Of a stretch of DNA of 64,000 nt, positions 51,420 through 60,637 are shown piece by piece (the stretch's first letter is position 1; the number at the start of each line of letters is the position of its first letter). The notes beneath the pieces were generated by a model, which saw only the letters and a program-made list of their open reading frames with translations, had not been told where the DNA came from and did not search any database. The stretch lies in assembly GCA_012026785.1 (NCBI GenBank), contig VEOW01000115.1, positions 3,495 to 67,494 on the forward strand, written 5' to 3'. Origin of the DNA: Chloroflexota bacterium (GTDB lineage: Bacteria > Chloroflexota > Limnocylindria > Limnocylindrales > CSP1-4). Position numbers and translations under genes: made by a program.

Positions 51420-52304
51420 ATGTCGCCACTCGCTGAGCGCCGCATCGCGACCGTCGGCTCCGGCGTCATGGCCGAGGCGATCATCGCCGGCCTGCTCCGC
51501 GGCCAGCTCGTGGCGCCCGGGCAGATCGTCGCCAGCCATCCCCGGGCAGACCGCCGCGAGGCCCTCGAGAGCCATCACGGGATCCGGACGACCGACTCCA
51601 ACGCCGGGGCCGTCGAAGGTGCTGACATCGTTCTGCTTGCGATCAAGCCGCAGATGCTCGCCCGCGTCGGGCGTGAGCTGCGCGGCGCGCTCCGGCCGGG
51701 GCAACTGGTCATTTCGATTCTCGCCGGCGCCACGACCCGCGCGCTGACCGGCCACCTCGGCCACGCCGAGGTCGTCCGAAGCATGCCCAACACTCCGGCC
51801 CAGCTCGGCCGCGGGATGACCGTCTGGTACGCGACCCCCGAGACGACCGAGGAGCAACGCGCCCAGGCGGCGGCCCTCCTCGGCGCGCTCGGTGTCCAGA
51901 TCGAGGTCGATGACGAGAAGCTCGTGGCGATGGCGACCGCGGTCTCAGGGACCGGCCCGACGTATGTGTTCCTGGTCATGGAGGCCCTCATCGACGCCGC
52001 GGTCCACCTCGGCTTCGCCCGCCACGTGGCCCACGACCTCGTCGTCGAGACGCTCGAGGGCAGCACCCTCTTCGCCAAGCAGTCGGGGATGCACCCGGCG
52101 GAGCTCCGCAACATGGTCACCTCGCCCGGCGGCACCAGCGCCGCCGCGCTCCACCAGCTCGAATCCGGACGTCTTCGAACGGTCCTCTCGGACGCCGTCT
52201 GGGCGGCCTACAAGCGGACGGTCGAGCTGGGCGAGCAACTCGAAGTGGGCGTCCCCGCCCCCGACGCGAAGCCGGCGCCGGCGGAGGTTCGCGAACGGGC
52301 TTGA
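51420..52304 (+). CDS. proC: Pyrroline-5-carboxylate reductase
   Basis: GSGVMAEA, LAIKPQ, RSMPNTP, SGTGP, VTSPGGT. Confidence 0.95.
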   Translation: MSPLAERRIATVGSGVMAEAIIAGLLRGQLVAPGQIVASHPRADRREALESHHGIRTTDSNAGAVEGADIVLLAIKPQMLARVGRELRGALRPGQLVISILAGATTRALTGHLGHAEVVRSMPNTPAQLGRGMTVWYATPETTEEQRAQAAALLGALGVQIEVDDEKLVAMATAVSGTGPTYVFLVMEALIDAAVHLGFARHVAHDLVVETLEGSTLFAKQSGMHPAELRNMVTSPGGTSAAALHQLESGRLRTVLSDAVWAAYKRTVELGEQLEVGVPAPDAKPAPAEVRERA

Positions 52305-52317
52305 TGGCCAGGACGGC

Positions 52318-53298
52318 GTGACCCTCCGGTCGCGGATCGGCGCCGTGGTCGAGCGCGTCATGCGCTCGTTCCTGCTGACGATCTCGCACTGGCGCTGGCT
52401 CGGCCGACTCGCGGTCCGCTTGCCGTTCACCCGGCCGATGGTGTCGCGGTTCGTCGCCGGCCAGAGCGTGGCCGGGGCGGTCCCGGCCCTCGAGCGCGCC
52501 CGGGATGCCGGCTTTCGGACGACCGTCGACATCCTCGGCGAGTCGGTGACCCATGCCGAGGCCGCCCGTGCTGCCGCGGACGGGTACGTCGCTGCCCTCG
52601 GCACGCTGGCCGAGCACCGCCTCGACATGAACGTCAGCCTCAAGCTGAGCCAGATGGGCCTCGGCCTGGGAACCGCCGTGGCGCGCGAGAACCTGGCCCG
52701 CGTCCTCGTCGCGGCCTCGAGCCACGAGGCGTTCGTCCGGATCGACATGGAGGACCATACGACGACCGATGCGACGCTCGAATTGTGGCGGGGCCTTCGA
52801 CCGGCGATGGCCGGCTCCGGCGACGTCGGGGTCGTCCTCCAGTCGGCGCTGCGGCGGACGGACGCCGACCTCGAGGCGTTGATCGCCGAGGGCGCTCGAA
52901 TCCGGCTCTGCAAGGGCGCCTACAAGGAGCCCGCGACGGTCGCCTACCAGGACAAGGCCGACGTCGACGCGGCCTACGTGCGGCAGATGGAGCGGCTGCT
53001 CCTCGATGCGCCATATCCGGCGATCGCGACCCACGACGACCGGATCATCGACCACGCGATCGCCTTCGCCCGCGAGCACGGCATCGGGCCTGAGCGCTTC
53101 GAGTTCCAGATGCTGTACGGCGTCCGACGCGACCTGCAGGAGCGCCTCCGCCGCGACGGCTGGACGGTCCGGATCTACGTACCGTCAGGCCGTGAGTGGT
53201 ATCCGTACTTCATGCGCCGCCTCGCCGAGCGGCCGGCCAACGTCGTGTTCCTCGTCACCAGCCTGTGGCGCGAGCGCCGCGGCAAGGGCGCCGCGTGA
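52318..53298 (+). CDS. Monofunctional proline dehydrogenase
   Basis: RFVAG, DILGE, SLKLSQMG, RIDME, RLCKGAY, ATHD, EFQMLYG, YFMRRLAERPAN. Confidence 0.94.
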   Translation: MTLRSRIGAVVERVMRSFLLTISHWRWLGRLAVRLPFTRPMVSRFVAGQSVAGAVPALERARDAGFRTTVDILGESVTHAEAARAAADGYVAALGTLAEHRLDMNVSLKLSQMGLGLGTAVARENLARVLVAASSHEAFVRIDMEDHTTTDATLELWRGLRPAMAGSGDVGVVLQSALRRTDADLEALIAEGARIRLCKGAYKEPATVAYQDKADVDAAYVRQMERLLLDAPYPAIATHDDRIIDHAIAFAREHGIGPERFEFQMLYGVRRDLQERLRRDGWTVRIYVPSGREWYPYFMRRLAERPANVVFLVTSLWRERRGKGAA

Positions 53299-53305
53299 GG
53301 CTGGC

Positions 53306-53812
53306 TTAGCCGTCGGAGACCGCGAGGGCCTCGCGCAGCTGCGTGACGTGACCCTCCAGGTGGCCGACCTGGAACCGCTCCACGATCTCGGTCACGGCCA
53401 GCGGCCCTCGTGTTGGGTGGAGTCCTTCCCGCTGTCCCTCTGCGGCCGAGAGCTCGCGCAGCCGGCCGGCCACTCGATTCGCATCCGCGGCGATGCGTGA
53501 CAGCAACTCCCGGGCGGGCATCGTCCGGTCGCGGCCGATGATCGCGACGCGGACGGGATCCGCCTCCGTTCGACCGAATGGCACCGGCTCGCCATCGGCG
53601 CCATCGAGGATTCGTTCGATCTCACCCATCCAGTAGGGGAGCATCTCGGCCACGTGGGCGAGGACCTCGCGGGGCCCCCAGGCCGACTCGGGACCGGGCC
53701 CGTAGACGTCGGTCAAGGCCCACGGCGCGCCCGCCTCGATTCGAGTTCGAAGGCCTTCCAGTTCGGCGGCCGCCTGCTCCAGGCGGGCGGCCTGCTGCGT
53801 GAGTGTCGACAT
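53306..53812 (-). CDS. DinB-family protein
   Basis: WGPREVLAHVAE...HLEGHVTQL His triad. Confidence 0.82.
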   Translation of the reverse strand: MSTLTQQAARLEQAAAELEGLRTRIEAGAPWALTDVYGPGPESAWGPREVLAHVAEMLPYWMGEIERILDGADGEPVPFGRTEADPVRVAIIGRDRTMPARELLSRIAADANRVAGRLRELSAAEGQREGLHPTRGPLAVTEIVERFQVGHLEGHVTQLREALAVSDG

Positions 53813-53882
53813 GGCGGCAGTGTCGCATGGCGCCGCCCGCATCGCCCCCCATCCCCCCAAGAATCCTCCCATCGCCCCCTCT

Positions 53883-54039
53883 TTGCGTCCCAGGCAACAA
53901 GCGTCGGTTGGACGGCTGGATTCGGTGCCGCGACGTCCGCCAGCCGTCCAGGCTTGCGCCACGTGCAACGTCTCGCGGTTGGATGAGCTGAATCGCGGTC
54001 GGCCGTCCCGTCAACCGTTCCTTGTTGCGCACCGCGCAA
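53883..54039. repeat. Palindromic repeat cluster A: three TTGC-N7-GCAA units, 71-bp period
   Basis: Cores start at 53883, 53954 and 54025, with CAACCG/CGGTTG flanks. Confidence 0.75.
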
Positions 54040-54211
54040 ACGGCCGGGCCGGATGAGCGATGAGCAGCCCGTGGCCCGGGAGTGTCGCACCGGCGTTGCG
54101 CGACGACCGCCACCGCGGGCGCGGCCTCGAGGGACCGAGGACTACCATGACCGCAACTTGCTCCGGCGGGGCCATCGAGCCCCGGCACTGCAGCACAGGA
54201 GCCCGCGTCCC

Positions 54212-55381
54212 ATGACCGACACGATGACCCGGGGAGCCGCCAACCAGGCCGGCGCCCACATCAACAAGGACGCCTACGCGGAGGCGGCGGACTTCCTGCC
54301 GCTCAACGGCGTCGACCACGTGGAGTTCTGGGTCGGCAACGCGCGCCAGGCGGCCCACTACTACCGCGCCCTGTGGGGCTTCACGCCGATCGCCTACGCC
54401 GGGCTGGAGACGGGCGTCCGCGACCGGACGAGCTATGTCATGCGCCAGAACGACATCACCCTCGTCCTGACCGGGGCGCTGTCCCCCGAGGGCGAGATCG
54501 CCGAGCACGTCAAGCGCCACGGCGACGGCGTCCACGACATCGCCTTCAGCGTCGATGACGCGAGCGCGTCGTGGCGCGAGACCACGACGCGTGGCGCCCG
54601 CTCGGTCCTCGAACCGACGGAGCTCGACGGCGGCGAGGACGGCGTCCTCCGCAGGAGCTCGGTCGGGACGTACGGCGAGGTCGTCCACTCGTTCGTCGAC
54701 CGCCGCGACTATCACGGCGTCTTCGCGCCGGGCTATCGGAAGGTCAAGAAGCCGGCCCGCGCCGCGACCGGCATGAACCTCCTCGAGATCGACCACTGCG
54801 TCGGCAACGTCGAGCTGGGCGACATGAACCGCTTCGTCGACTACTACCGCGACGTCTTCGGCTTCGCGCAGCTGATCCACTACGACGACAAGGTCATTCA
54901 CACCGACTATTCGGCCCTCATGTCGAAGGTCATGACCAATGGCAACGGCCGGATCAAGTTCCCGATCAACGAGCCGGCCACGGGCAAGAAGAAGAGCCAG
55001 ATCCAGGAGTTCCTCGACTACTACCTCGACGCCGGGACGCAGCACATCGCGCTCCGGACCGAGGACATCGTCGGGACGGTTCGAACGCTCCGCGAGAACG
55101 GGGTCGAGTTCCTCGGCATGCCGCACGCCTACTACGAGCAGCTGCCGGATCGGGTCGGCGACGTCGGCGTCTCGATCGAGACGCTCGAGGAGCTCGGCAT
55201 CGAGGCCGACCGCGACGAGGAGGGCTACCTCCTCCAGATCTTCACGCGGCCGATCCAGGACCGCCCGACGTTCTTTTTCGAGATCATCGAACGTCATGGC
55301 TCGCGCGGCTTTGGCGTCGGCAACTTCAAGGCCCTCTTCGAGGCCATCGAGATCGAACAGGCCCGCCGCGGAAACCTGTAG
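54212..55381 (+). CDS. hppD: 4-hydroxyphenylpyruvate dioxygenase
   Basis: DHVEFWVGNA, HGDGV, IDHCVGNV, SQIQEFL, QHIAL, LLQIFT, GFGVGNFKALFEAIE. Confidence 0.97.
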   Translation: MTDTMTRGAANQAGAHINKDAYAEAADFLPLNGVDHVEFWVGNARQAAHYYRALWGFTPIAYAGLETGVRDRTSYVMRQNDITLVLTGALSPEGEIAEHVKRHGDGVHDIAFSVDDASASWRETTTRGARSVLEPTELDGGEDGVLRRSSVGTYGEVVHSFVDRRDYHGVFAPGYRKVKKPARAATGMNLLEIDHCVGNVELGDMNRFVDYYRDVFGFAQLIHYDDKVIHTDYSALMSKVMTNGNGRIKFPINEPATGKKKSQIQEFLDYYLDAGTQHIALRTEDIVGTVRTLRENGVEFLGMPHAYYEQLPDRVGDVGVSIETLEELGIEADRDEEGYLLQIFTRPIQDRPTFFFEIIERHGSRGFGVGNFKALFEAIEIEQARRGNL

Positions 55382-55403
55382 AGCGCCACCCCCGGACCCT
55401 CGG

Positions 55404-55679
55404 TCAGGGCCGCAATCGGTAGGTACTCTCGGACCGCCGGGCGACGCGGAGGATTACGACGGACCTCGTCGACGGGTCGACGGTATAGACGACGCGCAGC
55501 GGGCCGACGCGGATCCTCCATGCGTCGCTGCTCACGATCTTCTCGCAGCCCGGTGGCCGAGGATCCAGACCCAGGGAGGCGATCGGCCCGGCCAGGCGGG
55601 CGGCGGCGTCAACCGGCAATCGCCTGAGCTCGCGCTCCGCCGGCCGGGTCATGACGACCCGCCAGGGACGGTCGCTCAC
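55404..55679 (-). CDS. RelE/ParE-family toxin
   Basis: AERELRRL, DPRPPGCEKI, WRIRVGPLRVVY. Confidence 0.88.
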   Translation of the reverse strand: MSDRPWRVVMTRPAERELRRLPVDAAARLAGPIASLGLDPRPPGCEKIVSSDAWRIRVGPLRVVYTVDPSTRSVVILRVARRSESTYRLRP

Positions 55680-55936
55680 TCCTCGTCGGTGCCATAGCGT
55701 GCCCGTGTCTCGGCGGCCAGCTCGTGGAACACCTCGGCCGCGTCGCGGCCGCCGTAGCGACGGTAGTCATCCAGGGCGGCCTTGGCCGCGGCTGCGTCTT
55801 CGTCGTCCTCGAGCGCGCGCAGCCACTGGCCGAGCGCCTCTTCGACGATGTCGCGCACGGAACGATCGCGCCGCGCCGCCTCGACTTTGATGGCCCGATA
55901 CAGCTCCGGGTCCGAGAGATCAAGCGTAACCTTCAT
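55676..55936 (-). CDS. Ribbon-helix-helix antitoxin
   Basis: MKVTLDL..ELYRAIKVEAA..SVRDIVEEAL, acidic C-terminus; GTGA overlap with the toxin. Confidence 0.82.
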   Translation of the reverse strand: MKVTLDLSDPELYRAIKVEAARRDRSVRDIVEEALGQWLRALEDDEDAAAAKAALDDYRRYGGRDAAEVFHELAAETRARYGTDEE

Positions 55937-55940
55937 GGCG

Positions 55941-55960
55941 CCAGCATACCAGTATGCTGG
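55941..55960. promoter_or_regulatory. Perfect palindromic operator over the extended -10 of the TA operon
   Basis: CCAGCATAC-CA-GTATGCTGG; minus strand reads TGG-TATGCT, 6 nt, ATG. Confidence 0.75.
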
Positions 55961-55981
55961 GTTGCCAGCTTGGTCCCGTCG

Positions 55982-56010
55982 CACCGCCGCCGGCGATGCC
56001 GGCGGCGGTG
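55982..56010 (-). terminator. GC hairpin downstream of the sigma/anti-sigma pair (no U-tract)
   Basis: CACCGCCGCCGGC-GAT-GCCGGCGGCGGTG. Confidence 0.55.
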
Positions 56011-56039
56011 AACGTGCGGGTCGAGCGTCTGCCCCGCGC

Positions 56040-56954
56040 CTACTGGCTGAACTGGAAGCTCTCGACGATCGGCATCCCTTCGGCGAGAAATGGCTCGAAT
56101 TCGGCCGAGGTCGTCGAGTACATGAAGATGACGAGCACGCCGCGACCGGGGACGTCGAGAAGAATGCCCCGCATGCGCTCGTCCTCGGGATCGACCCCCT
56201 CAGGAAGGTCCGAGTCGCCCGGGCAGGTGCCTGTCCAGTCGGGACTGCGCCACACGTCGAACTGTTTGCCGGTCAGGCCGCCGATCGTGACGTCCACCAC
56301 CCCGGACACCGCCAGGACTTCGTTGGCCGTCATGGCGGCCACCTTCTCGGCCGCCGTCGCGCCAGAGTTGCTCTCTGCCGATTCGCAGCTGAACCACGGG
56401 CTCGGATGCACGCCCATGAAGATTGACTGGGCCAGTTCATCGGAGCGTGCGTGCTGGGCCTGGTTGGCGGGCGTGTCCGGGAACAGCGCGAAGTAGTTCG
56501 ACTCGTCGTAGGTGTTGACCCAGCCCTCCGGGACGCTGAAGCGGAACCCCGGCGTGAAGGACGCGGTCTCGTGCGTGCCGGCAGCCATGATCCCGGCGCC
56601 GTTGGCGTCAGCGACGGCAGCGGGCGGATACCACGCCGGATACCGGGCGCTCGACGATGGGGCCGCGGATGGCGAGGCCGCTGGCGTCGGCGTGGGCTGG
56701 CCAGCGACATTGGCCGGGCTGGCGGGCAGGAACTGCCAGATCGCGAAGGCGGCGATGATCACCGCGGCGGCCGCCGCGAGGTAGGTGAAGATCCGATTCA
56801 CGGGTGCGGTCCTCCCAACGAGGTGCACCACGCGACGCTGGCGGTTGACGGAGATGCGTGCGGCGACGGTGTCGACGACCCGGTCGGGCATGGAGTCCGG
56901 CCCGTCCTCGAACCAGTGCCGCAGGACACGCCCGATGTCGGAGCGCTCGTTCAT
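56040..56954 (-). CDS. Putative anti-sigma factor (single TM plus extracytoplasmic domain)
   Basis: ATGA-coupled to the ECF sigma; short cytoplasmic N-terminus, TM, Pro/Ser linker, Cys-containing domain. Confidence 0.7.
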   Translation of the reverse strand: MNERSDIGRVLRHWFEDGPDSMPDRVVDTVAARISVNRQRRVVHLVGRTAPVNRIFTYLAAAAAVIIAAFAIWQFLPASPANVAGQPTPTPAASPSAAPSSSARYPAWYPPAAVADANGAGIMAAGTHETASFTPGFRFSVPEGWVNTYDESNYFALFPDTPANQAQHARSDELAQSIFMGVHPSPWFSCESAESNSGATAAEKVAAMTANEVLAVSGVVDVTIGGLTGKQFDVWRSPDWTGTCPGDSDLPEGVDPEDERMRGILLDVPGRGVLVIFMYSTTSAEFEPFLAEGMPIVESFQFSQ

Positions 56955-57502
56955 GCCGAATACCCTCCGACGGCCGGGGCGCGGGCCTCTGCGTCAAGCG
57001 CTGCTCGCATGGCGCGGTGGGCGTGGTGGAGTCGTGAGCGGACGGACCCCGCCGGCATGCCGAGGAGCTCGGCGATCTCGGACGGGGCGTAGCCCACGAA
57101 GTGATGCAGGACGAGGACCGCGCGCTCGTCGGGCTTGAGCCGCCTGAACCCGCGGTCGAGCTGGTCGCGATCGGCCACGCGGAGGAGGTCGTCCGGAGCG
57201 GCCGGGCCCTCGAGCGGCAGAGCGCGAAGCTGGGCATAGCGGCGGCGCTCACGCGTCGCCTGGGCGATGCAGACGTTCGTCAGCAGCCGATGGGTCCACG
57301 CATCGAACCGGTCCGGATCGCGAAGGCCCGGGAGGTCACGCCAGGCGATCACCAGCGCGTCCTGCAGGGCATCCTCGGCCCGGTCGACGTCACGGAGGAT
57401 CCGGTGGGCGATCGCGAAGAGACGGTCGCCGCGAAGGCGAACCAGGTCCATGAAGGCCTCCTGGTCGCCTCGCCGTGCCCGCTCCACGAGGTCGCGATCC
57501 AC
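56951..57502 (-). CDS. ECF sigma-70 factor
   Basis: AEDALQDA, RFDAW, region 4 EIAELLGMPAGSVRSRLH. Confidence 0.93.
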   Translation of the reverse strand: MDRDLVERARRGDQEAFMDLVRLRGDRLFAIAHRILRDVDRAEDALQDALVIAWRDLPGLRDPDRFDAWTHRLLTNVCIAQATRERRRYAQLRALPLEGPAAPDDLLRVADRDQLDRGFRRLKPDERAVLVLHHFVGYAPSEIAELLGMPAGSVRSRLHHAHRAMRAALDAEARAPAVGGYSA

Positions 57503-57699
57503 CGACACCACCACTGTTGACGCTCATCGGGAGCGTCGTCCGCCAGTATTGGTTCAGGATGCCGCCAGGGCGTTGGAAATTCGCGTCACGAGGTCCAGCT
57601 TCCGCCCGCTCGGGGAGTGACGGCTGTCCCGTGACGGCGGGACCGGCATGGTGCGAGACTCTCGGCAACAGGGATCGGCTCGAAGGGAGGAGGGAGCTC

Positions 57700-58203
57700 G
57701 TGGACCTGACACCGTACGTGCGCTGGATCGTGTTCCTGCACGTCCTTGGCGCGTTCGCGTTTGCCGCCGGCCACGGCGTCTCGATGGTCGTGGCGTTCAA
57801 GCTTCGCCGGGAGACCGACCGGGGCCGAATGGCGGCGCTCCTCGACGTGTCGGCGACCTCGCTGAACCTGGCCGGGATCGGCCTGCTCGTGCTGCTCGTG
57901 GCCGGCATCCTCGCCGGGATCGTCCTCGGCTCCTTCGGCCGCGCCTGGATCTGGATCGCGCTCGTGCTCTTCATCGTCGTTGGCGGCGCGATGACGCCGT
58001 TCGGCGCGATCTACTTCAACAAGATCCGCCTGGCGATCGGGATGCGGCCGCGGAATCTCAAGCCGGAGGACCCCGATCCCGTCCCGGCCTCCGACGCCGA
58101 GCTGGCAGTGTTGCTCGCGACACGCCGGCCGGAAGCGCTCCTGCTCATCGGCGCCGGCGGCTTCCTCGTCATCCTGTACTTCATGTACTTCCGGCCGTTC
58201 TGA
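57700..58203 (+). CDS. Membrane protein, DUF2269-like
   Basis: FLHVLGA, four TM helices, C-terminal LYFMYFRPF; SD GGAGG. Confidence 0.72.
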   Translation: MDLTPYVRWIVFLHVLGAFAFAAGHGVSMVVAFKLRRETDRGRMAALLDVSATSLNLAGIGLLVLLVAGILAGIVLGSFGRAWIWIALVLFIVVGGAMTPFGAIYFNKIRLAIGMRPRNLKPEDPDPVPASDAELAVLLATRRPEALLLIGAGGFLVILYFMYFRPF

Positions 58204-58216
58204 GCGACCCGATCAG

Positions 58217-58609
58217 ATGGCCCGCCGAACGGTCGACGAGCTGCTCGAGGAGGCGCGCTCCGGTCTCCACCGGCTCCAGCCGGCAGCCGCGCTCGCGGCC
58301 ATGGAGGCCGGGGCCCTGCTCGTCGACACGCGCTGCGAGGACCTGCGCGAGGCCGATGGGGTCGTGCCCGGCTCGGTCCACGTGCCGCTGTCGGTCCTCT
58401 ACTGGCGCCTCGATCCGTCGTCCGGCCACGACGATCCGGCGCTGTCCGACCTCGACCGCCAGGTCATCCTGCTGTGCGCCCATGGCTACAGCTCCAGCCT
58501 CGCTGCGGCGACCCTGCGAGCGCTGGGCTTCGAACAGGCCACCGACGTCATCGGGGGGTTCGAGGCGTGGCGAGATGCCAACCTGCCGTTCGACGGGGGT
58601 TCGAGCTAG
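58217..58609 (+). CDS. Single-domain rhodanese-like protein
   Basis: LLVDTR, VPGS, CAHGYSS, DVIGGFEAW. Confidence 0.88.
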   Translation: MARRTVDELLEEARSGLHRLQPAAALAAMEAGALLVDTRCEDLREADGVVPGSVHVPLSVLYWRLDPSSGHDDPALSDLDRQVILLCAHGYSSSLAAATLRALGFEQATDVIGGFEAWRDANLPFDGGSS

Positions 58610-58662
58610 CGGTCAGTGCCCTCGAACCGCCGTTCGCCGAGCCGTGGCACGATGGCCGGGAC

Positions 58663-59238
58663 ATGGCGCGCGCGGACCAGCCAAGGCTCGTGATCGGCCT
58701 CGGGGCCGCCGTCGTCGCCATCTCGCTCGCGGCCTGCAACGCCGCAGAACCAACGGAGACCGACATGCGTAGCCCCGAATCGACCGCGGGCGTCCAGTTC
58801 GCCCTGACCAGCCCCGAATTCCCCGAGGGCGGCGCGATCCCGAGCCGCTACACCTGCGATGGCGACGACGTCTCTCCGCCACTCGAGTGGAGCGGCGCCC
58901 CCGAGTCTGCCGCCTCGCTGGCCCTCGTCATCGACGATCCCGACGCCCGCGGCTTCGTCCACTGGGTCGTCTACAACATCGACCCCTCCGCCTCCGGAGG
59001 CCTGCCGGCCGGCTGGTCGGAGGACGCCGAGTTCCAGGGCTCCAACGACTTCGGTCGAATGGGCTACGGCGGGCCCTGTCCGCCATCAGGTGCCCATCGA
59101 TATCGCTTCCGGTTGCTGGCGCTGGACACGATGCTCGACCTGACCGGTGCCCCAACGGCCCAGCGGCTCACGGACGCCGCCGCCGGTCACGTCCTCGCCG
59201 AGGCCCAGCTCAACGCCAGCTACCGGCGCGCGCGGTGA
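58663..59238 (+). CDS. YbhB/YbcL (PEBP) family lipoprotein
   Basis: LAAC lipobox, YTCDG, DDPDA, FVHW, GPCPP, HRYRF. Confidence 0.9.
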   Translation: MARADQPRLVIGLGAAVVAISLAACNAAEPTETDMRSPESTAGVQFALTSPEFPEGGAIPSRYTCDGDDVSPPLEWSGAPESAASLALVIDDPDARGFVHWVVYNIDPSASGGLPAGWSEDAEFQGSNDFGRMGYGGPCPPSGAHRYRFRLLALDTMLDLTGAPTAQRLTDAAAGHVLAEAQLNASYRRAR

Positions 59239-60272
59239 AGGGCGGCCACGTCCGCGAGACGCACGCTCCGGCCGGGGCGCCGTGGCGGCTGGCCGCGGCG
59301 CGACGCTGGGACGCCGGCGAGTGGCTCGACCTGGAGGTCGTGCGGCGCCGGCTCGTGTCCGCCGATCCCCGGCGAGCCCACAACTCGATCCTCTTTCGAC
59401 AGCCGCTGACGACGCTCGACGACCTGCTCGTTCGGGGGCTTCGAATCGAGGTCCTGGCCGAGCTCGTCGAGGGCTTCGAACCCCGCGGGGCGCCCGAGGA
59501 CGATGACGCGGTCCTCGACCCAGCCGACCTCGTCTTCGGCCGGCCGATCCTGCAGCCGCCGGCGTTCCGCGACTTCTATGCGTTCGAACGGCATGTCCGG
59601 ACGATGTGGGAACGCCGCGGCGGCGAGATCCCCGAGGCCTGGTACCGCCTGCCGATCTTCTACATCTCGAACACCTCGGAGCTGCGCGGGCCGGGTGAGC
59701 CGGTCTGGGCGCCGCGTGGCAGCCAGGAGCTGGACTTCGAGCTGGAGGTCGGCGCCATCGTCGACACACCCGCGGTCGACCTGGCCGAGGAGCACGCCGA
59801 GGCCGTCATCGGCGGCTACTTCGTCCTGAACGACTGGTCGGCGCGAGACCTGCAGCGCGACGAGACGACCGTCCGGCTCGGGCCAGCCAAGGGCAAGGAC
59901 TTCGCGGCCTCGATCGGGCCTTGGATCGTGACGCCCGACGAGCTCGCCGATGCCCGGGTGGAGGGCTCAACTGGCCCGGACCTCGCGATGTCCGCGTCCG
60001 TCCAGGACGCGGCCGGCAGCGTGACGGCGATCTCGCGGGGCACGTGGGCGAGCGCCCAGCACTCGTTCGGGGCGATGCTCGCCCGGGCCTCGGCCGACGT
60101 CCACCTTCGGGCCGGCGAGATCGTCGGCAGCGGCACGGTCGGCGGCGGCTGCCTGCTCGAGGTGAAGGACGAGACGCTGGGCCGGTGGCTGGCGCCGGGC
60201 GACGTCGTGCGCCTGTCGATCGAGCGCCTCGGCGTCCTCGAGAGTCCGGTCATCGAGCGCCCCGGACGCTGA
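59235..60272 (+). CDS. Fumarylacetoacetate hydrolase family protein
   Basis: FRDFYAFERH, LDFELE, NDWSARDLQ, KGKDF, GSGTVGGGC. Confidence 0.9.
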   Translation: MKGGHVRETHAPAGAPWRLAAARRWDAGEWLDLEVVRRRLVSADPRRAHNSILFRQPLTTLDDLLVRGLRIEVLAELVEGFEPRGAPEDDDAVLDPADLVFGRPILQPPAFRDFYAFERHVRTMWERRGGEIPEAWYRLPIFYISNTSELRGPGEPVWAPRGSQELDFELEVGAIVDTPAVDLAEEHAEAVIGGYFVLNDWSARDLQRDETTVRLGPAKGKDFAASIGPWIVTPDELADARVEGSTGPDLAMSASVQDAAGSVTAISRGTWASAQHSFGAMLARASADVHLRAGEIVGSGTVGGGCLLEVKDETLGRWLAPGDVVRLSIERLGVLESPVIERPGR

Positions 60273-60340
60273 GCGGCGGCGCCCGGGCCGTCCGCGGCGC
60301 CGTGGTCCGTCGCCGCGTCCCCTTGCCCCGCCCCAGCCGC

Positions 60341-60505
60341 GTCCCCTGTCAGGTGACGGATTCGATGGGGGTTGGTCACGTTGTCCCCTGGAGGGGGACG
60401 AAACGACGGTTTCGGGCCCTCTGGAGGTCCGCAGGTGGTCGTTGTCTCCCCTCCACAGGTGACAGAGCGTCGGTGCGCCGTCGCCACTGACCCCTCTCAG
60501 GGGAC
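60341..60505. repeat. Palindromic repeat cluster: four GTCCCC-N5-GG(G/T)GAC-like units
   Basis: Units at 60341, 60383, about 60447 and 60489 (spacing 42/64/42). Confidence 0.65.
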
Positions 60506-60516
60506 ACGCCTCGCGA

Positions 60517-60574
60517 TTGACAAGCCGGCACCATTACGCCACTATCCAGACTATTCCCACTGATTCAGTGGAAA
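60517..60574 (+). promoter_or_regulatory. Promoter and palindromic operator upstream of tauE (candidate Rrf2 site)
   Basis: TTGACA-17-CACTAT; TTCCCACTGA-T-TCAGTGGAAA at 60554-60574. Confidence 0.6.
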
Positions 60575-60637
60575 CACTTGGATAGTCGTGATCCGAGGCT
60601 CGTCCCCGCCCCGACCAAGCGCCTGGAGGATCCGTCC

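Noticed and set aside
53883..54039. Mini CRISPR array (71-bp period)
   Set aside because: Only three degenerate units with variable cores, and no cas genes or leader.
54212..60272. Complete tyrosine catabolic operon
   Set aside because: hppD and an FAH-family gene are present but separated, and no homogentisate dioxygenase is in the window.
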